Positions 27,611-38,611 of a stretch of 46,410 nucleotides of DNA are shown piece by piece (position 1 is the stretch's first letter; each line of letters begins with the position of its first letter). The translations under genes and the position numbers were made by a program. The notes below the pieces were generated by a model. That model ran no database searches. It was not told where the DNA came from and saw only the letters and a program-made list of their open reading frames with translations. Origin of the DNA: Pseudomonadota bacterium (GTDB lineage: Bacteria; Desulfobacterota; Desulfobacteria; Desulfobacterales; RPRI01); assembly GCA_043825875.1 (NCBI GenBank), contig JBDRRF010000030.1, forward strand, positions 1 through 46,410, read 5' to 3'.

Positions 27611-29587
27611 TTACTTATCAAGTTCTTGCCTGATTGCTAATCCGATATTTCCCAAAAGATAGGGTTTTCTTACATAGGCTCCTGCACCCAGTTTAATAGC
27701 CTTGGCTACACGATCCGTCTCGGAAAAACCACTTACTATGATAGCCTTTTGTTTTGGGTGGATCTCAATAATTTGCTTGTAAGTATCAAGCCCGTCAATG
27801 CCGGGGGACATGATCATATCTAAAACAATTAAATCCACCTTATTGCTTTTCAAATATTCTATTGCTTCTTCACCACTTGAAGCCGCCACCACTTTGTAGT
27901 TAATTTCCCTAAGCATAAGAGTGGCAATCTCCCGCTGGCCATCAACATCATCAACAACCAAAATTGATTCCCCCTTACCCATATATTCAGGCTCCGGCAA
28001 AATATTCTGACCTTCGGTTATATCTTCTCTTGTTACAGGAAAATACAGAGTAAAAGTAGTTCCTGTTTTCTCTTTACTAAAAACATTTATATAGCCGTTA
28101 TGATCCTTTACCGTACCCCAAACCACAGCCAATCCAAGCCCGGTTCCACTTCTTCCCATCACCTTTTTTGTATAAAAAGGTTCGAATATAAGTTTCAAAT
28201 CGGAAGGAGATATGCCTTCACCTGTATCAGCTACGGAAAGAACGGCGTATTCCCCTTCGCTTATATGATCATATCCCTCAACCGGCCTGTCCAGGTATTG
28301 GTTATCGGTAGTAATTGTTAGCATTCCCCCTTCAGGCATGGCTTCAGCGGCATTTGAAACAAGGTTCATTATCATCTTATCCAGATGAACTGGAGAACCT
28401 ACGATATTGAGCAGGTCAGATTTAAGGCTTGCCCTAACCTCAACATCAGGGTAATGCGAACATAGCTTATCATATTCCGGGGTAACCAGATATTTTCTGA
28501 TTATGGAATTCAGATTGACAATATTTTCCGTATAAACATTTCTTCTTGCCATGGTCAAAAGATCCTGAACAATAGCCGCCGCTTTTTCTCCGCTGTTCAT
28601 TATATTCGTAACATAGCGGCTTATGGGACTGGATTCATCAGTTTTTCTGAGAAGCAGTTCCGAATAACCTATAAGACTGCCTAAAACATTATTCAGATCA
28701 TGTGCAACACCACCTGCCAATTCTCCCAGGGCATTCATCTTATCAAATCGTTGGAGACGTTCCTGCATATACCGCCGCTCATCTTCTGCCTTTTTGTTTT
28801 TCGTAATATCACTTAATATGATAATTATAGATTTATGTTCCTTATAATTGATAGGCAAAATATTCATGGATATTATTTTACTTTTAAGCATTACAGGCTT
28901 GTCTTCAGGTATTTCCTGCGGACCGCTATCAACCAAATCGAGAAGCTCTTCTACTCTTTTTTTATGAGGATACTCAAAAAGTTTATGAAAATATAAACCC
29001 AAAGGTTCTTTCTCGCTTAAACAAATAAGCTCGTTAGCAAATTGGTTGGCATAAATTATCTTTTTATTTATATTGAGTTCTAAAATTCCTTCAGAAACAT
29101 TATCTAATATTACTTCAACATGTCTTTTATAATTTAAAAGTTCTTTAACAACCGTGCGAGAATAAACATTTTCAAGCCCTAGTATTTCATTTGTCATCTC
29201 ATCCGGTATTTTATTGTTAAATCGCTTTAAGATGTATAATATATGTTTAGACATCTTGGAAAAAGAAGCTTTAGCTATGCAGGCATCGGCACCAATTTCA
29301 GTAAAATCTATTTTCTGTTCCGCAGCAATGGCAGACACAATAATTATATAAATATCTTTGTATTTTGGGTTTCTTCTGATTGCACCACATAATTTATCTC
29401 CGCTGATATTCGGCATAACAAGATCAATAAACATAATATCCGGAATACTGCTTTCAAGCATCTCTAAAGCCATAAGACCGTTTTTTGCCGTTAAAACTTT
29501 GTAACCTTCACTTTCAAGCAGATCTGACATAAAAGATAAAATCATTAAATCATTATCTACCACCATAATTTTTTTCATAAAAAACAA
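27611..29587 (-). CDS. Hybrid sensor histidine kinase (REC-PAS-HisKA-HATPase-REC)
   Basis: IDLVMP; GVAHDLNN; NLVSNA, DTGEGI, FEPFYTKK, GTGLGL; LDMIM. Confidence 0.92.
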   Translation of the reverse strand: MFFMKKIMVVDNDLMILSFMSDLLESEGYKVLTAKNGLMALEMLESSIPDIMFIDLVMPNISGDKLCGAIRRNPKYKDIYIIIVSAIAAEQKIDFTEIGADACIAKASFSKMSKHILYILKRFNNKIPDEMTNEILGLENVYSRTVVKELLNYKRHVEVILDNVSEGILELNINKKIIYANQFANELICLSEKEPLGLYFHKLFEYPHKKRVEELLDLVDSGPQEIPEDKPVMLKSKIISMNILPINYKEHKSIIIILSDITKNKKAEDERRYMQERLQRFDKMNALGELAGGVAHDLNNVLGSLIGYSELLLRKTDESSPISRYVTNIMNSGEKAAAIVQDLLTMARRNVYTENIVNLNSIIRKYLVTPEYDKLCSHYPDVEVRASLKSDLLNIVGSPVHLDKMIMNLVSNAAEAMPEGGMLTITTDNQYLDRPVEGYDHISEGEYAVLSVADTGEGISPSDLKLIFEPFYTKKVMGRSGTGLGLAVVWGTVKDHNGYINVFSKEKTGTTFTLYFPVTREDITEGQNILPEPEYMGKGESILVVDDVDGQREIATLMLREINYKVVAASSGEEAIEYLKSNKVDLIVLDMIMSPGIDGLDTYKQIIEIHPKQKAIIVSGFSETDRVAKAIKLGAGAYVRKPYLLGNIGLAIRQELDK

Positions 29588-29653
29588 ACTCCTTACAAAA
29601 TATATGGGCTGCTATTTACAAAGAAAATATTGTATATTATTGTTTTCCACACT

Positions 29654-30349
29654 TTAATTGCCGGATTTAATAATCTGAAATATTGCCTGCGCCAGAATAA
29701 GATCTTCTTTTGTTGTAATCTTTATATTATTTTTACTTCCTTTTATTATTTTTACTTTTTCGCCAATCCTTTCTACAAGCATCGCATCATCAGTACCTGT
29801 AAAACCATCCTTTATAGCAATATCATGAGCTTTTTTAATAAGACTGTAGTCAAAGGCCTGCGGCGTCTGGACAAGCCATACCGAATCCCTGGAAAGAGTA
29901 CTTTCAATACATCCGGTATCATCTGCTAACTTTAATGTATCGGATGCAGGCAATCCCGATACGCAAGCTTTATGCAAAAGAGCCCCCCTTACACATTCTT
30001 CAATCAGGCTGGAACTGACAAATGGGCGAACGCCATCATGTATAACTACAGTGGCGTCTTTTTCATCAATCTCAAGCAATCCGTTATATACAGACTCTTG
30101 ACGCTCTTTGCCACCCTTTATAAGCTTTACTTTCTTTTTTATCTTCAGCGGATCTATTATCCGATCGATACAGTATTGGATATCATCGGCGGGAACAACA
30201 AGAATTATATTTTCAATAAGAGTGCATAAGTCAAATGCTTTAAGGGTCGCATACAATAAAGGACTGCCGTCAATCTCAAGAAATTGCTTGCGGATTGAGC
30301 TGTTCATCCTATTACCTTTTCCGGCTGCGACTATGATAGCATAAACCAT
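29654..30349 (-). CDS. ispD: 2-C-methyl-D-erythritol 4-phosphate cytidylyltransferase
   Basis: AAGKGNRM...KQF, GGKERQESV, IHDGVRP, QTPQAF, TDDA, NIKITT.EDL. Confidence 0.95.
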   Translation of the reverse strand: MVYAIIVAAGKGNRMNSSIRKQFLEIDGSPLLYATLKAFDLCTLIENIILVVPADDIQYCIDRIIDPLKIKKKVKLIKGGKERQESVYNGLLEIDEKDATVVIHDGVRPFVSSSLIEECVRGALLHKACVSGLPASDTLKLADDTGCIESTLSRDSVWLVQTPQAFDYSLIKKAHDIAIKDGFTGTDDAMLVERIGEKVKIIKGSKNNIKITTKEDLILAQAIFQIIKSGN

Positions 30350-30394
30350 ATTAATTCCTTGAGAATCTATTGATCAAATATCCAATTTTAAAAT

Positions 30395-31705
30395 TTACTT
30401 GAGATATTTCAGCTCTTTGGGAAGAGGAACACCTTTGCCCATTGAATCTTCTCCGTAATTGATATTTGCAAGTATTTTAATATCTTTTAAGGCTCGCAGA
30501 TCACCCTCGAAAACAACCTCCTGTGTATTTTCTTTCTGAATCTTGCCTCCTGCCCATTGTATGTCAAGGACATTACTTGCATCAAATCTGTCAGTACCGA
30601 CACAAAGCTCGACCTGCCCCCCGTAATGCTGTACTATTTTGGCTACAAGCAAGCTGGGCCTGCTGTGAAAACCGAGTGAAACAGGTATGCCGACAGTAAT
30701 TGACGAACGCTCAATATTCTCGTTTAATATTTCTTTTGCAAGATCTTTTCCGTTGGTCAAAAAATAACAGACATAGTAAAGACCATAATTAATGGTACGT
30801 TCTAAAAGTATATCCGGATCAATCACCAATGATAATTTTTCCTGGGATTTTTTATAAAGGCTCTTATACCCTGCGTCATGAAGATGTCTTTCATAAAAAT
30901 GCAGAAGGCGTCCGATTATCTGAAGAAGATGAAATACTACTGAAAAAAACCCGCGAAGCTGCTTTAATTTCCTGTTGCCGAACTGATAACCTCCGTGTAT
31001 TACATAAGTATCGAAAGAAGATTGAAGATTGTGAACAAGCATTTCAAAATGCCTGATTTCAACCTCATTTATTCTTCCAGGAACTAAAGAACGTATGCCA
31101 TCATTATTATAAGGTTCATAAAAACTGTAATGATCCAGATCATTGGCTATATTTAGAAATTCACTTGCTATTTTAACTATACTTTCCTTCTCTTGGTCCT
31201 TGTTTTCATCATCTATATCATATTCGAATTTATCTGTGGTAGTGATGCTTGGGAAATCAGCAGGATAAAATATTTCTTTAGGGATAGGAATACCAAGGCG
31301 GCGTGCTTCTGTTAGTATTTCAGGAGCCATTTTTAGAATTGTTTCTATAAGAAAATTAAGAGTAGCCTTGCCTTCATCCACGAAATTTTCAAGCACAGGC
31401 AGATCATAAAAGTCGATTCTATTCAAAATATGCGTCTGGGAATAGCAGGCAAGGCTCAAATGTCTTACAGCAGCAGAAAGTTCCCGGTAGTAATACCAGT
31501 TTTTATTATTTTTTGCTCCGTGGTAATCTAAAAAATCTTCAAGAAGTTGCGATGATGATATAAAAGATAAAATAAACTTCTTAACAAAAAACCGCTTCGG
31601 ATCTTCACCGATTGAAAGTGATGAACAACTTTTAAGATAATCATATGAAAACACTCCAATCTTTTCGGCAAAACTGCCGTCCTTGGCATTTTCCTGTAAT
31701 TGCAT
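30395..31705 (-). CDS. Large protein with C-terminal HPr (PTS phosphocarrier) domain
   Basis: GFHSRPS His15 signature near the C-terminus; ~330-aa helical N-terminal region. Confidence 0.8.
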   Translation of the reverse strand: MQLQENAKDGSFAEKIGVFSYDYLKSCSSLSIGEDPKRFFVKKFILSFISSSQLLEDFLDYHGAKNNKNWYYYRELSAAVRHLSLACYSQTHILNRIDFYDLPVLENFVDEGKATLNFLIETILKMAPEILTEARRLGIPIPKEIFYPADFPSITTTDKFEYDIDDENKDQEKESIVKIASEFLNIANDLDHYSFYEPYNNDGIRSLVPGRINEVEIRHFEMLVHNLQSSFDTYVIHGGYQFGNRKLKQLRGFFSVVFHLLQIIGRLLHFYERHLHDAGYKSLYKKSQEKLSLVIDPDILLERTINYGLYYVCYFLTNGKDLAKEILNENIERSSITVGIPVSLGFHSRPSLLVAKIVQHYGGQVELCVGTDRFDASNVLDIQWAGGKIQKENTQEVVFEGDLRALKDIKILANINYGEDSMGKGVPLPKELKYLK

Positions 31706-31801
31706 CGCTTATTGTCATATCCTTGTTTGATCAATGGCTGCGGAAAAATAAAAATTCCGCAATGTAAGTTATTTAAAACTATAAAAACCAATATAACGGC
31801 C

Positions 31802-32173
31802 GGAGCAATCTATAAGCCGAATTCTGTTTGCTTTTTCAGATTACTCCAAAAAAGATAACGATCATTCATCTAAGGATGCAGGTTGCCCTGCATCTCTTGC
31901 GACCTACCCGGGAGCTCGGACGGGCAGCCCTCAAGCACTCCCCTATTTGGTCTTGCACCGGGTGGGGTTTACCGAGATCTCCGGTCACCCGGAAATCTGG
32001 TGCGCTCTTACCGCACCTTTTCACCCTTACCCTGCAATTGCAAGGCGGTATACTTTCTGTTGCACTTTCCTTCGTGTTGCCACGACTCCATGTTATGGAG
32101 CACCCTACCCTATGGTGTTCGGACTTTCCTCAGGAGCAGTTTTAACTGATCCTGCGATCGTTTAGATTGCTCC
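31802..32173 (-). ncRNA. rnpB: RNase P RNA (type A)
   Basis: GAGGAAAGTCC, AGTGCAACAGAAA, GGTAAACCCC, ACAGAATTCGGCTTA conserved regions; P1 GGAGCAATCT/AGATTGCTCC. Confidence 0.95.
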
Positions 32174-32183
32174 AACCGTTATA

Positions 32184-32900
32184 TCAAGTTTTTCCCCAGT
32201 AAATTATTCTCTGACAGTGAGGACAGTATTTAATACTGTCAAATCTTAAAAGCTCATTATACATCTGTGGCGGGATATTCATATTGCATCCCTGACAAAT
32301 GGAATCTATAGTCGGCGCAATCGCCGTATCTTTTATAAACTCCCTAACCATATTATATTTGGACATTATTTCTGTGGCTACATTTTTTGAGATATTATTC
32401 CACTTTTCGTCACAAGACACAATACCTTCCCTGTTCTGCTCGGCTTCTTTATTTATGATTGCCTTTTGTCCATTAATCGTTTCTTTTATTTGAAGAAATT
32501 CTTTATTTAGCTCCAAAATTTCATTCTCTGCTGTGTCAATAGCTTCCAGGGTTTTTAATATTTCTTCTTCAATATCAGAATTTTTTAATTTAATATCATC
32601 AATTTCCTTCAAAACAGACTGATATTCCTTGTTCGTCTTAACTGATGCGAGTTTTCCCTGGCTTTTTGACAAAATAGAAATGTTCGCCTGGTTATTAAAC
32701 TCCAGTTCTTTATATTTATTTCTTAAATCCTCAATAAAGGATTGCTTTAGTTCAACAATGTCCTCAGAATTTTTTATTTTCAAATCAAGCCTATCATTTT
32801 TTTCGGAAACACCGGCAAGTGCTAAGCTAATCTTATTTCTTTCGGTTTCAATAGCTTGTAATTTGATCAAAAATTCTATCTGTTCTTTAATATCAATCAT
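32184..32900 (-). CDS. Coiled-coil protein with C4 zinc ribbon (DUF164/CT398-like)
   Basis: Long coiled coil, KTNKEY, CQGCNMNIPPQ...CPHCQRIIY; usual position between nif3 and rnpB. Confidence 0.9.
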   Translation of the reverse strand: MIDIKEQIEFLIKLQAIETERNKISLALAGVSEKNDRLDLKIKNSEDIVELKQSFIEDLRNKYKELEFNNQANISILSKSQGKLASVKTNKEYQSVLKEIDDIKLKNSDIEEEILKTLEAIDTAENEILELNKEFLQIKETINGQKAIINKEAEQNREGIVSCDEKWNNISKNVATEIMSKYNMVREFIKDTAIAPTIDSICQGCNMNIPPQMYNELLRFDSIKYCPHCQRIIYWGKT

Positions 32901-32930
32901 TTTAATATGTCTTCTTTGTTAAATAAATAT

Positions 32931-34049
32931 TTATAAAACAACAAACGGATCTCGTTCAATCCTGCATGCCTCTGCTATCACATCGTAACTTTCTTCAAGA
33001 ATCATGATGTTAAGCTTTTCAGTTAGCTTTTCTACAATTAAATGCTCGGACGCAAAATGCCCTATATCAATAAGGCCGCGCCCTTCAGATGCAACAGATT
33101 TTGCATCATGGTACCGTAAATCACCACTAATGTATACCTGAGCGCCGGATCTGAAAAAATCTTTAAGAAGACCTGATCCGCTTCCCGAACAGATAGCCAC
33201 TTCGCTTACAATGAGTTCAGGATTTCCGACAATTCTTACACTATCTAAAGCAAGTTTTTGTTTTATCTTTTCAGCAAAAATATAAAGCTTTTGTTTTTCT
33301 TCAAGCTCACCGACACGACCTAACCCTTCAGTTTTATCATATTCATATAGTGGATATACATCGTATGCCATTGTTTCATAAGGATGATATCGCCTGATAT
33401 GCGAAACGATTTCGCTAATATCTTGCTTATATGCTACAACTTCTATCCTTACCTCATCAACATGGGATATTTCATCCTTATTTCCGATAAAAGGCTTTGC
33501 CGAAGCTCCTGGTTTGAAAGTCCCTTTTCCGGTATTTCTGAAAGAGCAGCACGTATAAGAACCAATTACGCCTGCTTTTGTTTCAAAAAGAGCTTTAATC
33601 ACCTTATGTTCGTAGTCTGCGGGTACATATACAACAAACTTGCACTTATCTGTTTCGCCGCTTTTGCATAATGTCTTAATATTTTTAAGCCCAATAGACA
33701 AAGCAAGCAAATCATTTATACCGTCTGATGCACTATCAAGATTTGTATGTGCAGAAAATATCGCCAGATTATTTATCGCCGCTTTATATATAAGAGAGCC
33801 TGTCGATGAACTAAAATCAATGGATTTAAGCGGATTAAAAATCATCGGATGATGAGTAACCAGAAGATCAACCCTTTTGCTGCATGCGACTTCAATAACA
33901 TCAGGAGTCGGATCAAGAGCAATTAATACTTTTTTAACCGGCCAATCCAATTTACCTGCCTGAAGACCTGAATTGTCCCATTTTTCAGCAAGCCGGGATG
34001 GTGCAATTTTTTCAATCAATTTGATTATATCATAGACTGTGACTTGCAT
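32931..34049 (-). CDS. Nif3-like dinuclear metal-center protein (YqfO type, with PII-like insert)
   Basis: AEKWDNSGL, THHP, HTNLD, HPYETMAYD, GDLRYH, GHFASE. Confidence 0.92.
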   Translation of the reverse strand: MQVTVYDIIKLIEKIAPSRLAEKWDNSGLQAGKLDWPVKKVLIALDPTPDVIEVACSKRVDLLVTHHPMIFNPLKSIDFSSSTGSLIYKAAINNLAIFSAHTNLDSASDGINDLLALSIGLKNIKTLCKSGETDKCKFVVYVPADYEHKVIKALFETKAGVIGSYTCCSFRNTGKGTFKPGASAKPFIGNKDEISHVDEVRIEVVAYKQDISEIVSHIRRYHPYETMAYDVYPLYEYDKTEGLGRVGELEEKQKLYIFAEKIKQKLALDSVRIVGNPELIVSEVAICSGSGSGLLKDFFRSGAQVYISGDLRYHDAKSVASEGRGLIDIGHFASEHLIVEKLTEKLNIMILEESYDVIAEACRIERDPFVVL

Positions 34050-34111
34050 TATATAAATACCGGTTTATTAATTGTAACGCCCTTCCTTACTGATCTGCTA
34101 AGTTTTTAAAT

Positions 34112-34143
34112 AAAAAAAGGCATGGTCAATATAACCATGCCTT
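34112..34143 (-). terminator. Intrinsic terminator between tRNA and nif3
   Basis: Minus strand AAGGCATGGT-TATATTG-ACCATGCCTT-TTTTT. Confidence 0.7.
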
Positions 34144-34267
34144 GAGAGTTTTGAATAACTCTTGTTTGCCATTTTAGTTGAAATATCAGGTTGTTTAAAG
34201 CCAAAGCAGTACCCGATTGTTGATGCCCATTGTCAGCAGTTGTCATCTACTTCTCCGATAACGGATA

Positions 34268-34340
34268 TGGGCCCACCTGGGTTCGAACCAGGGACCTACC
34301 GGTTATGAGCCGGTGGCTCTTCCAGCTGAGCTATGGGCCC
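34268..34340 (-). tRNA. tRNA with CAU anticodon, most likely tRNA-Ile2 (lysidine); CCA not encoded
   Basis: GGGCCCA acceptor stem, TAGCTCAG D-arm, CTCATAA anticodon loop, GTTCGAA T-loop; located downstream of rpoD like E. coli ileX. Confidence 0.9.
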
Positions 34341-34440
34341 TCAATGCATTTTGATGTCTGACGTTTATATTCATAAAAATAATTTGTCAAGTGCTACATT
34401 TGATAGAATTCGTAAAAAGCACATCTCTTTTGAAATAAGA

Positions 34441-36267
34441 TCACATTTCAATAAAGTTTTTTAGTTTGCGGCTTCTTGTTGGGTGCCTCAATTTCCTTAA
34501 CGCCTTGGCCTCAATCTGCCTTATGCGCTCACGTGTAACCTGAAAATCCTGTCCAACTTCTTCTAATGTATGATCAGCCCTTTCTCCAATTCCAAAACGC
34601 ATCCTAAGGACCTTCTCCTCCCTTGGAGTAAGAGTAGCAAGTACTTTCCTTGTTTGTTCCGCGAGATTCTGATTTATAGCCGCATCTGAAGGAAGCATAA
34701 ACTTCTTGTCCTCTATAAAATCTCCCAGATGACTGTCTTCTTCTTCCCCAATCGGAGTTTCAAGGGATATAGGCTCTCTTGCTATCTTCAAAACCTTTCT
34801 TACTTTTTCAAGCGGAATTTCCATTTTTTCTGCAATCTCTTCAGGAGAAGGTTCGCGCCCCTGCTCTTGCACAAGATATCTTGATGTTCTGATCAACTTG
34901 TTTATCGTTTCAATCATATGCACCGGAATTCGGATAGTTCTCGCCTGGTCGGCAATAGCTCTTGTAATTGCCTGCCTTATCCACCAAGTAGCATATGTGC
35001 TGAATTTATAGCCTCGTCGGTATTCAAACTTATCTACTGCTTTCATAAGGCCAATATTGCCTTCCTGAATCAGATCCAAAAACTGTAGCCCTCTGTTCGT
35101 ATATTTTTTTGCTATACTGACAACAAGGCGCAAATTAGCTTTTGTCAATTCGCTCTTTGCCAATTTTGCCCTAAATCGTCCCTCTCCTACACAGGTCATA
35201 ACTTTTTTTAACGTCTTGCAATCGGTCCTGATTTTTTGTTCATTTTCAGCTATCATATTATTGAATTTATTAATCTCATCAAAAACAGATGCAATTTCAT
35301 CTTTCGTCAGCTTGCAACTGGACTTTGCGCATTTTAAGAAACCGGTTTTGGAGTTAATATTTGTTTTAAGATCAGTTACAGAAATATTAGTTTTAGCAGC
35401 ACAGTCCATAATATTTTTTACCATAGACTCGAACCATTCTATATGAGATTTAACAAGTAATTCAATTCTGTCCAAAACGCCTGTTTCAAGCCGCCATTCT
35501 TTAAGAAGCCCAAATATTTCGTTATGATTTGCTGAAATCATTTTTTTTATCTGGCGCAGTTCGCTTTTTTTATCTGGTTTAAGAGAATATAAGTTTTCAA
35601 ATAACTTATTATTGTTTTCATGAATTTCTTTTATAGAATTAATCATTTTAACAAAGTTATCTACCTGAATCATTTCATCTACATAACTATCACTTTCATC
35701 AAAATCCTTAAGTACATGCTTCGGCCGGAGGCTTCCGCTTTCAATCTGAAGACCAAGGTCAATAATACATTCCATCCCGACAGGTGTTGAAACCATGGCT
35801 TTTAAGACTTCCTGCTCGCCATCTTCGATTTTTTTTGCAATCTCAACTTCCCCTTCCCTGCTTAACAAAGTTACAAGACCCATCTCACGTAAATACATTT
35901 TAACCGGATCTGTTACAGTTCCAAAATTTGCTGCCGCCAGCTCACTCGTTTTTAATTTTTTCTCATCTGATGCCTTATTATCTTCTGCCTTATTTTTATT
36001 TTCATCAACAATTTCGATGTCATTGCTGTCAAGCATATCAAACGTTTCATTTATTTTTTCCAGAGAAATAACATTGTCAGGCATTTCTTCGTTAAGCTCT
36101 TTATAGGTAATATACCCCTTTTTCTTACCTTTTGTTATCAGCTCTTTCAAATCTCCTTTGTCTGCTTTCTTTGTGCTTTTCGCTTTTGTAGATACAGATT
36201 TCTTTGTCACTGTCTTTTTTTCCGTTTTCTTCTTTATTTTTGATGTCTCAGCAGGTTTTCTCACCAT
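34441..36267 (-). CDS. rpoD: RNA polymerase primary sigma factor
   Basis: [64 protein letters not shown]. Confidence 0.98.
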   Translation of the reverse strand: MVRKPAETSKIKKKTEKKTVTKKSVSTKAKSTKKADKGDLKELITKGKKKGYITYKELNEEMPDNVISLEKINETFDMLDSNDIEIVDENKNKAEDNKASDEKKLKTSELAAANFGTVTDPVKMYLREMGLVTLLSREGEVEIAKKIEDGEQEVLKAMVSTPVGMECIIDLGLQIESGSLRPKHVLKDFDESDSYVDEMIQVDNFVKMINSIKEIHENNNKLFENLYSLKPDKKSELRQIKKMISANHNEIFGLLKEWRLETGVLDRIELLVKSHIEWFESMVKNIMDCAAKTNISVTDLKTNINSKTGFLKCAKSSCKLTKDEIASVFDEINKFNNMIAENEQKIRTDCKTLKKVMTCVGEGRFRAKLAKSELTKANLRLVVSIAKKYTNRGLQFLDLIQEGNIGLMKAVDKFEYRRGYKFSTYATWWIRQAITRAIADQARTIRIPVHMIETINKLIRTSRYLVQEQGREPSPEEIAEKMEIPLEKVRKVLKIAREPISLETPIGEEEDSHLGDFIEDKKFMLPSDAAINQNLAEQTRKVLATLTPREEKVLRMRFGIGERADHTLEEVGQDFQVTRERIRQIEAKALRKLRHPTRSRKLKNFIEM

Positions 36268-38120
36268 ATAGTTTCGCCTCCTAAAGCTTTCATCCTATTG
36301 GTTCTCTTATCTTTTGCCTGAATTTGCTTTTCTCTTAATAATTCCAAAAGCAATTTTTCATCCTTTGTTTCTTCAGCTTCCTTTATTCTTTTTATACTCG
36401 TATCTTTCTTTCGTTTACACACATATTCAAACTGCCTTATCAGACTCAAACAGCTCTTACGATCCCATACTTCATCACTTATACTCAAAAAAGCTGCTAT
36501 ACTATTTTTTTCATCATTATCAAATACCGGAATTTCTTCCGAATTTAACCCAGGCAAGTTTTTATGCTCTATAATAGCATTTCCTATTGCAATTAAAACA
36601 TCATCAGAGAAACCGCTCAACAGATCATGTTTTTTTATTTCAGAAACTATTTCAGGAAATTGAAGCATCATTGCTATTATTTGCCTCTCAAATCTTGTAC
36701 CTCTTTGACTATTTTCAACAACCGTATTTTCAGACCCCGAACCTCCCGCATACTTGTTGCCAGCAACCTGGTTTGCATCTGATCCATTAATATATTTACC
36801 GGTTTTTATATTCGCAAGAGCTTCTCTGATTTTTTCATGTATAGCCACTTCATCTATATCAATTTTTTCCGAAAGCTCTCTTATGTAAAGTGATCTTGCT
36901 ACATTATCCTCAATAGGAGATAAAATCTTAGTCAATTCTGAAATGATACGGATTTTCCCTTCAACTGACTGCCCATATTTTTTTATAGCGCTGTTTATTA
37001 AAAAAGAAACCGTACCATAAGCGTTTGAAACAGCTTTGTTAAAAGCTTCCACACCGAATTCAACAAGATATGAATCGGGATCATAACCTGCAGGAAGCAC
37101 CAATATCTTTGCATCAGCAAAGCCTTTGTCAAATATTTCTATACTCCTTTGTGCTGCTTTTATTCCTGCGTCATCAGAATCATATACAAGAATAAATTTA
37201 CCGTCTTTGCCAATAATTGCTCTTAAAATCTTAACATGTTCAGAAGTTATAGAAGTCCCCAGGGTGGCAACGCTGTTTTTTATTCCGTTTTTATGAAGAG
37301 CAAGAAGATCAAAATAACCCTCAACAATAAAAACCGTTTCAGTAAGCCTGCACTCGCTCTTTGCTATATTAAGGCCATACAGTGACCCGCTTTTATTAAA
37401 CACAATAGTTTCAGGCGAATTAAGGTATTTGGGAAGTGAATCGTCCATAACACGCCCCCCGAAACCTATCACCTGTGAGTTTATATCAAATATCGGGAAA
37501 ATTATTCTATTTCTGAAACGATCATAAAAACCATCAGATTTATTTTTTTTAACAATCAATCCGGCTTTTTCAATAAGTGATGCTGAAATATTTTTTTTAT
37601 TAAAAAAATTAAAAAGTGTATTCCACCCATCATGGGCATATCCAAGATGATAATCTGCTATAATTTTTTCAGATATTTCCCTTTTGTTAAGATATTCAAG
37701 CGCTTTCTTGCCGCTATCACCATTTAAAAGGTAATTTTCAAAAAATTCCATAGCCTGTTTGTTAATTGAAAATACACTGTCTCTTTCACTATTTATTTTA
37801 CTCTTTTCCGGAGTTGTTTTTTCAACAGGAATGTCAATCCCATACTTTTCGGCAAGATGCTTAACTGCCTCCGGAAAAGTAAGCCCTTCTTTTTTCATCA
37901 GATATGCAAAAACATTGCCCCCGGCCCCACACCCAAAACAATAAAATATCTGTTTCTCATAACTCACTGTAAAAGAGGGCGTTTTTTCCGAATGAAAAGG
38001 GCAGAGCCCAAGGTGATTCCTTCCGGACTTTTTCAACAGCACCGACTCGGACACAACATCAACAATGTCTGTCGCGTTTTTTATTTCAAAAATTTTTTCT
38101 TCAGGAATAAAAAAAACCAA
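36261..38120 (-). CDS. dnaG: DNA primase
   Basis: CPFH.EKTPSF...[43 protein letters not shown] 38120 is 8 nt after GGAGGG (ORF track start 38129 abuts the SD). Confidence 0.96.
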   Translation of the reverse strand: MVFFIPEEKIFEIKNATDIVDVVSESVLLKKSGRNHLGLCPFHSEKTPSFTVSYEKQIFYCFGCGAGGNVFAYLMKKEGLTFPEAVKHLAEKYGIDIPVEKTTPEKSKINSERDSVFSINKQAMEFFENYLLNGDSGKKALEYLNKREISEKIIADYHLGYAHDGWNTLFNFFNKKNISASLIEKAGLIVKKNKSDGFYDRFRNRIIFPIFDINSQVIGFGGRVMDDSLPKYLNSPETIVFNKSGSLYGLNIAKSECRLTETVFIVEGYFDLLALHKNGIKNSVATLGTSITSEHVKILRAIIGKDGKFILVYDSDDAGIKAAQRSIEIFDKGFADAKILVLPAGYDPDSYLVEFGVEAFNKAVSNAYGTVSFLINSAIKKYGQSVEGKIRIISELTKILSPIEDNVARSLYIRELSEKIDIDEVAIHEKIREALANIKTGKYINGSDANQVAGNKYAGGSGSENTVVENSQRGTRFERQIIAMMLQFPEIVSEIKKHDLLSGFSDDVLIAIGNAIIEHKNLPGLNSEEIPVFDNDEKNSIAAFLSISDEVWDRKSCLSLIRQFEYVCKRKKDTSIKRIKEAEETKDEKLLLELLREKQIQAKDKRTNRMKALGGETIW

Positions 38121-38360
38121 GAAAAGCACCCTCCAACTTATCTAACTGAAATGAAACATAAAAAAACGGAAGGTATTAATAATTTAGGAGTGACAGTTTA
38201 CAATCTTCCTTCGTATATGAGCGTAAATAGAATTTAGCAAATAATACTTGAGACCTATACACAACATCAATCGTCAAAAATCTCATTATTATATCTATAA
38301 TTCTTTAAAAATTTGTTTAATCTATTTAATTTGCTGAACCGTTTTAATATTTAAATTTTT

Positions 38361-38389
38361 AATTTAATTATCATAACATATTATGTCAA
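38361..38389 (-). promoter_or_regulatory. Putative sigma70 promoter for dnaG-rpoD
   Basis: TTGACA-17 nt-TAAATT on the minus strand. Confidence 0.45.
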
Positions 38390-38493
38390 TACCTTTTAAA
38401 AAATATTTTATAACTTTTCATAATAAATTATAATGAAACATATTTATGGGAAAGGCATTATCACACAAAGTTATTGAATAAAAATGTTTAATA

Positions 38494-38523
38494 TTGACAT
38501 AGTTTTTAACTGTAATATATATT
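38494..38523 (+). promoter_or_regulatory. Putative sigma70 promoter for the ccdA operon
   Basis: TTGACA-18 nt-TATATT. Confidence 0.45.
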
Positions 38524-38611
38524 ACCATCAATTGCTTATGTTAAATCAGACAATCAGGCTTATAACTATTCTTTCACGAAAATCATATTTTGGTATTTAT
38601 ATTGTTAAGTT

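Noticed and set aside
31828..32165. Three plus-strand ORFs
   Set aside because: Antisense to the GC-rich RNase P RNA.
34268..34340. tRNA-Met call; tRNA as island attachment site
   Set aside because: It lacks initiator features (paired 1-72, no GGG/CCC anticodon stem) and context favours Ile2; I saw no duplicated 3' end or integrase.
38366..38391. Second dif-like sequence (ATCATAA-CATA-TTATGTCAAT)
   Set aside because: The spacer is only 4 bp; better explained as the minus-strand TTGACA promoter in AT-rich DNA.
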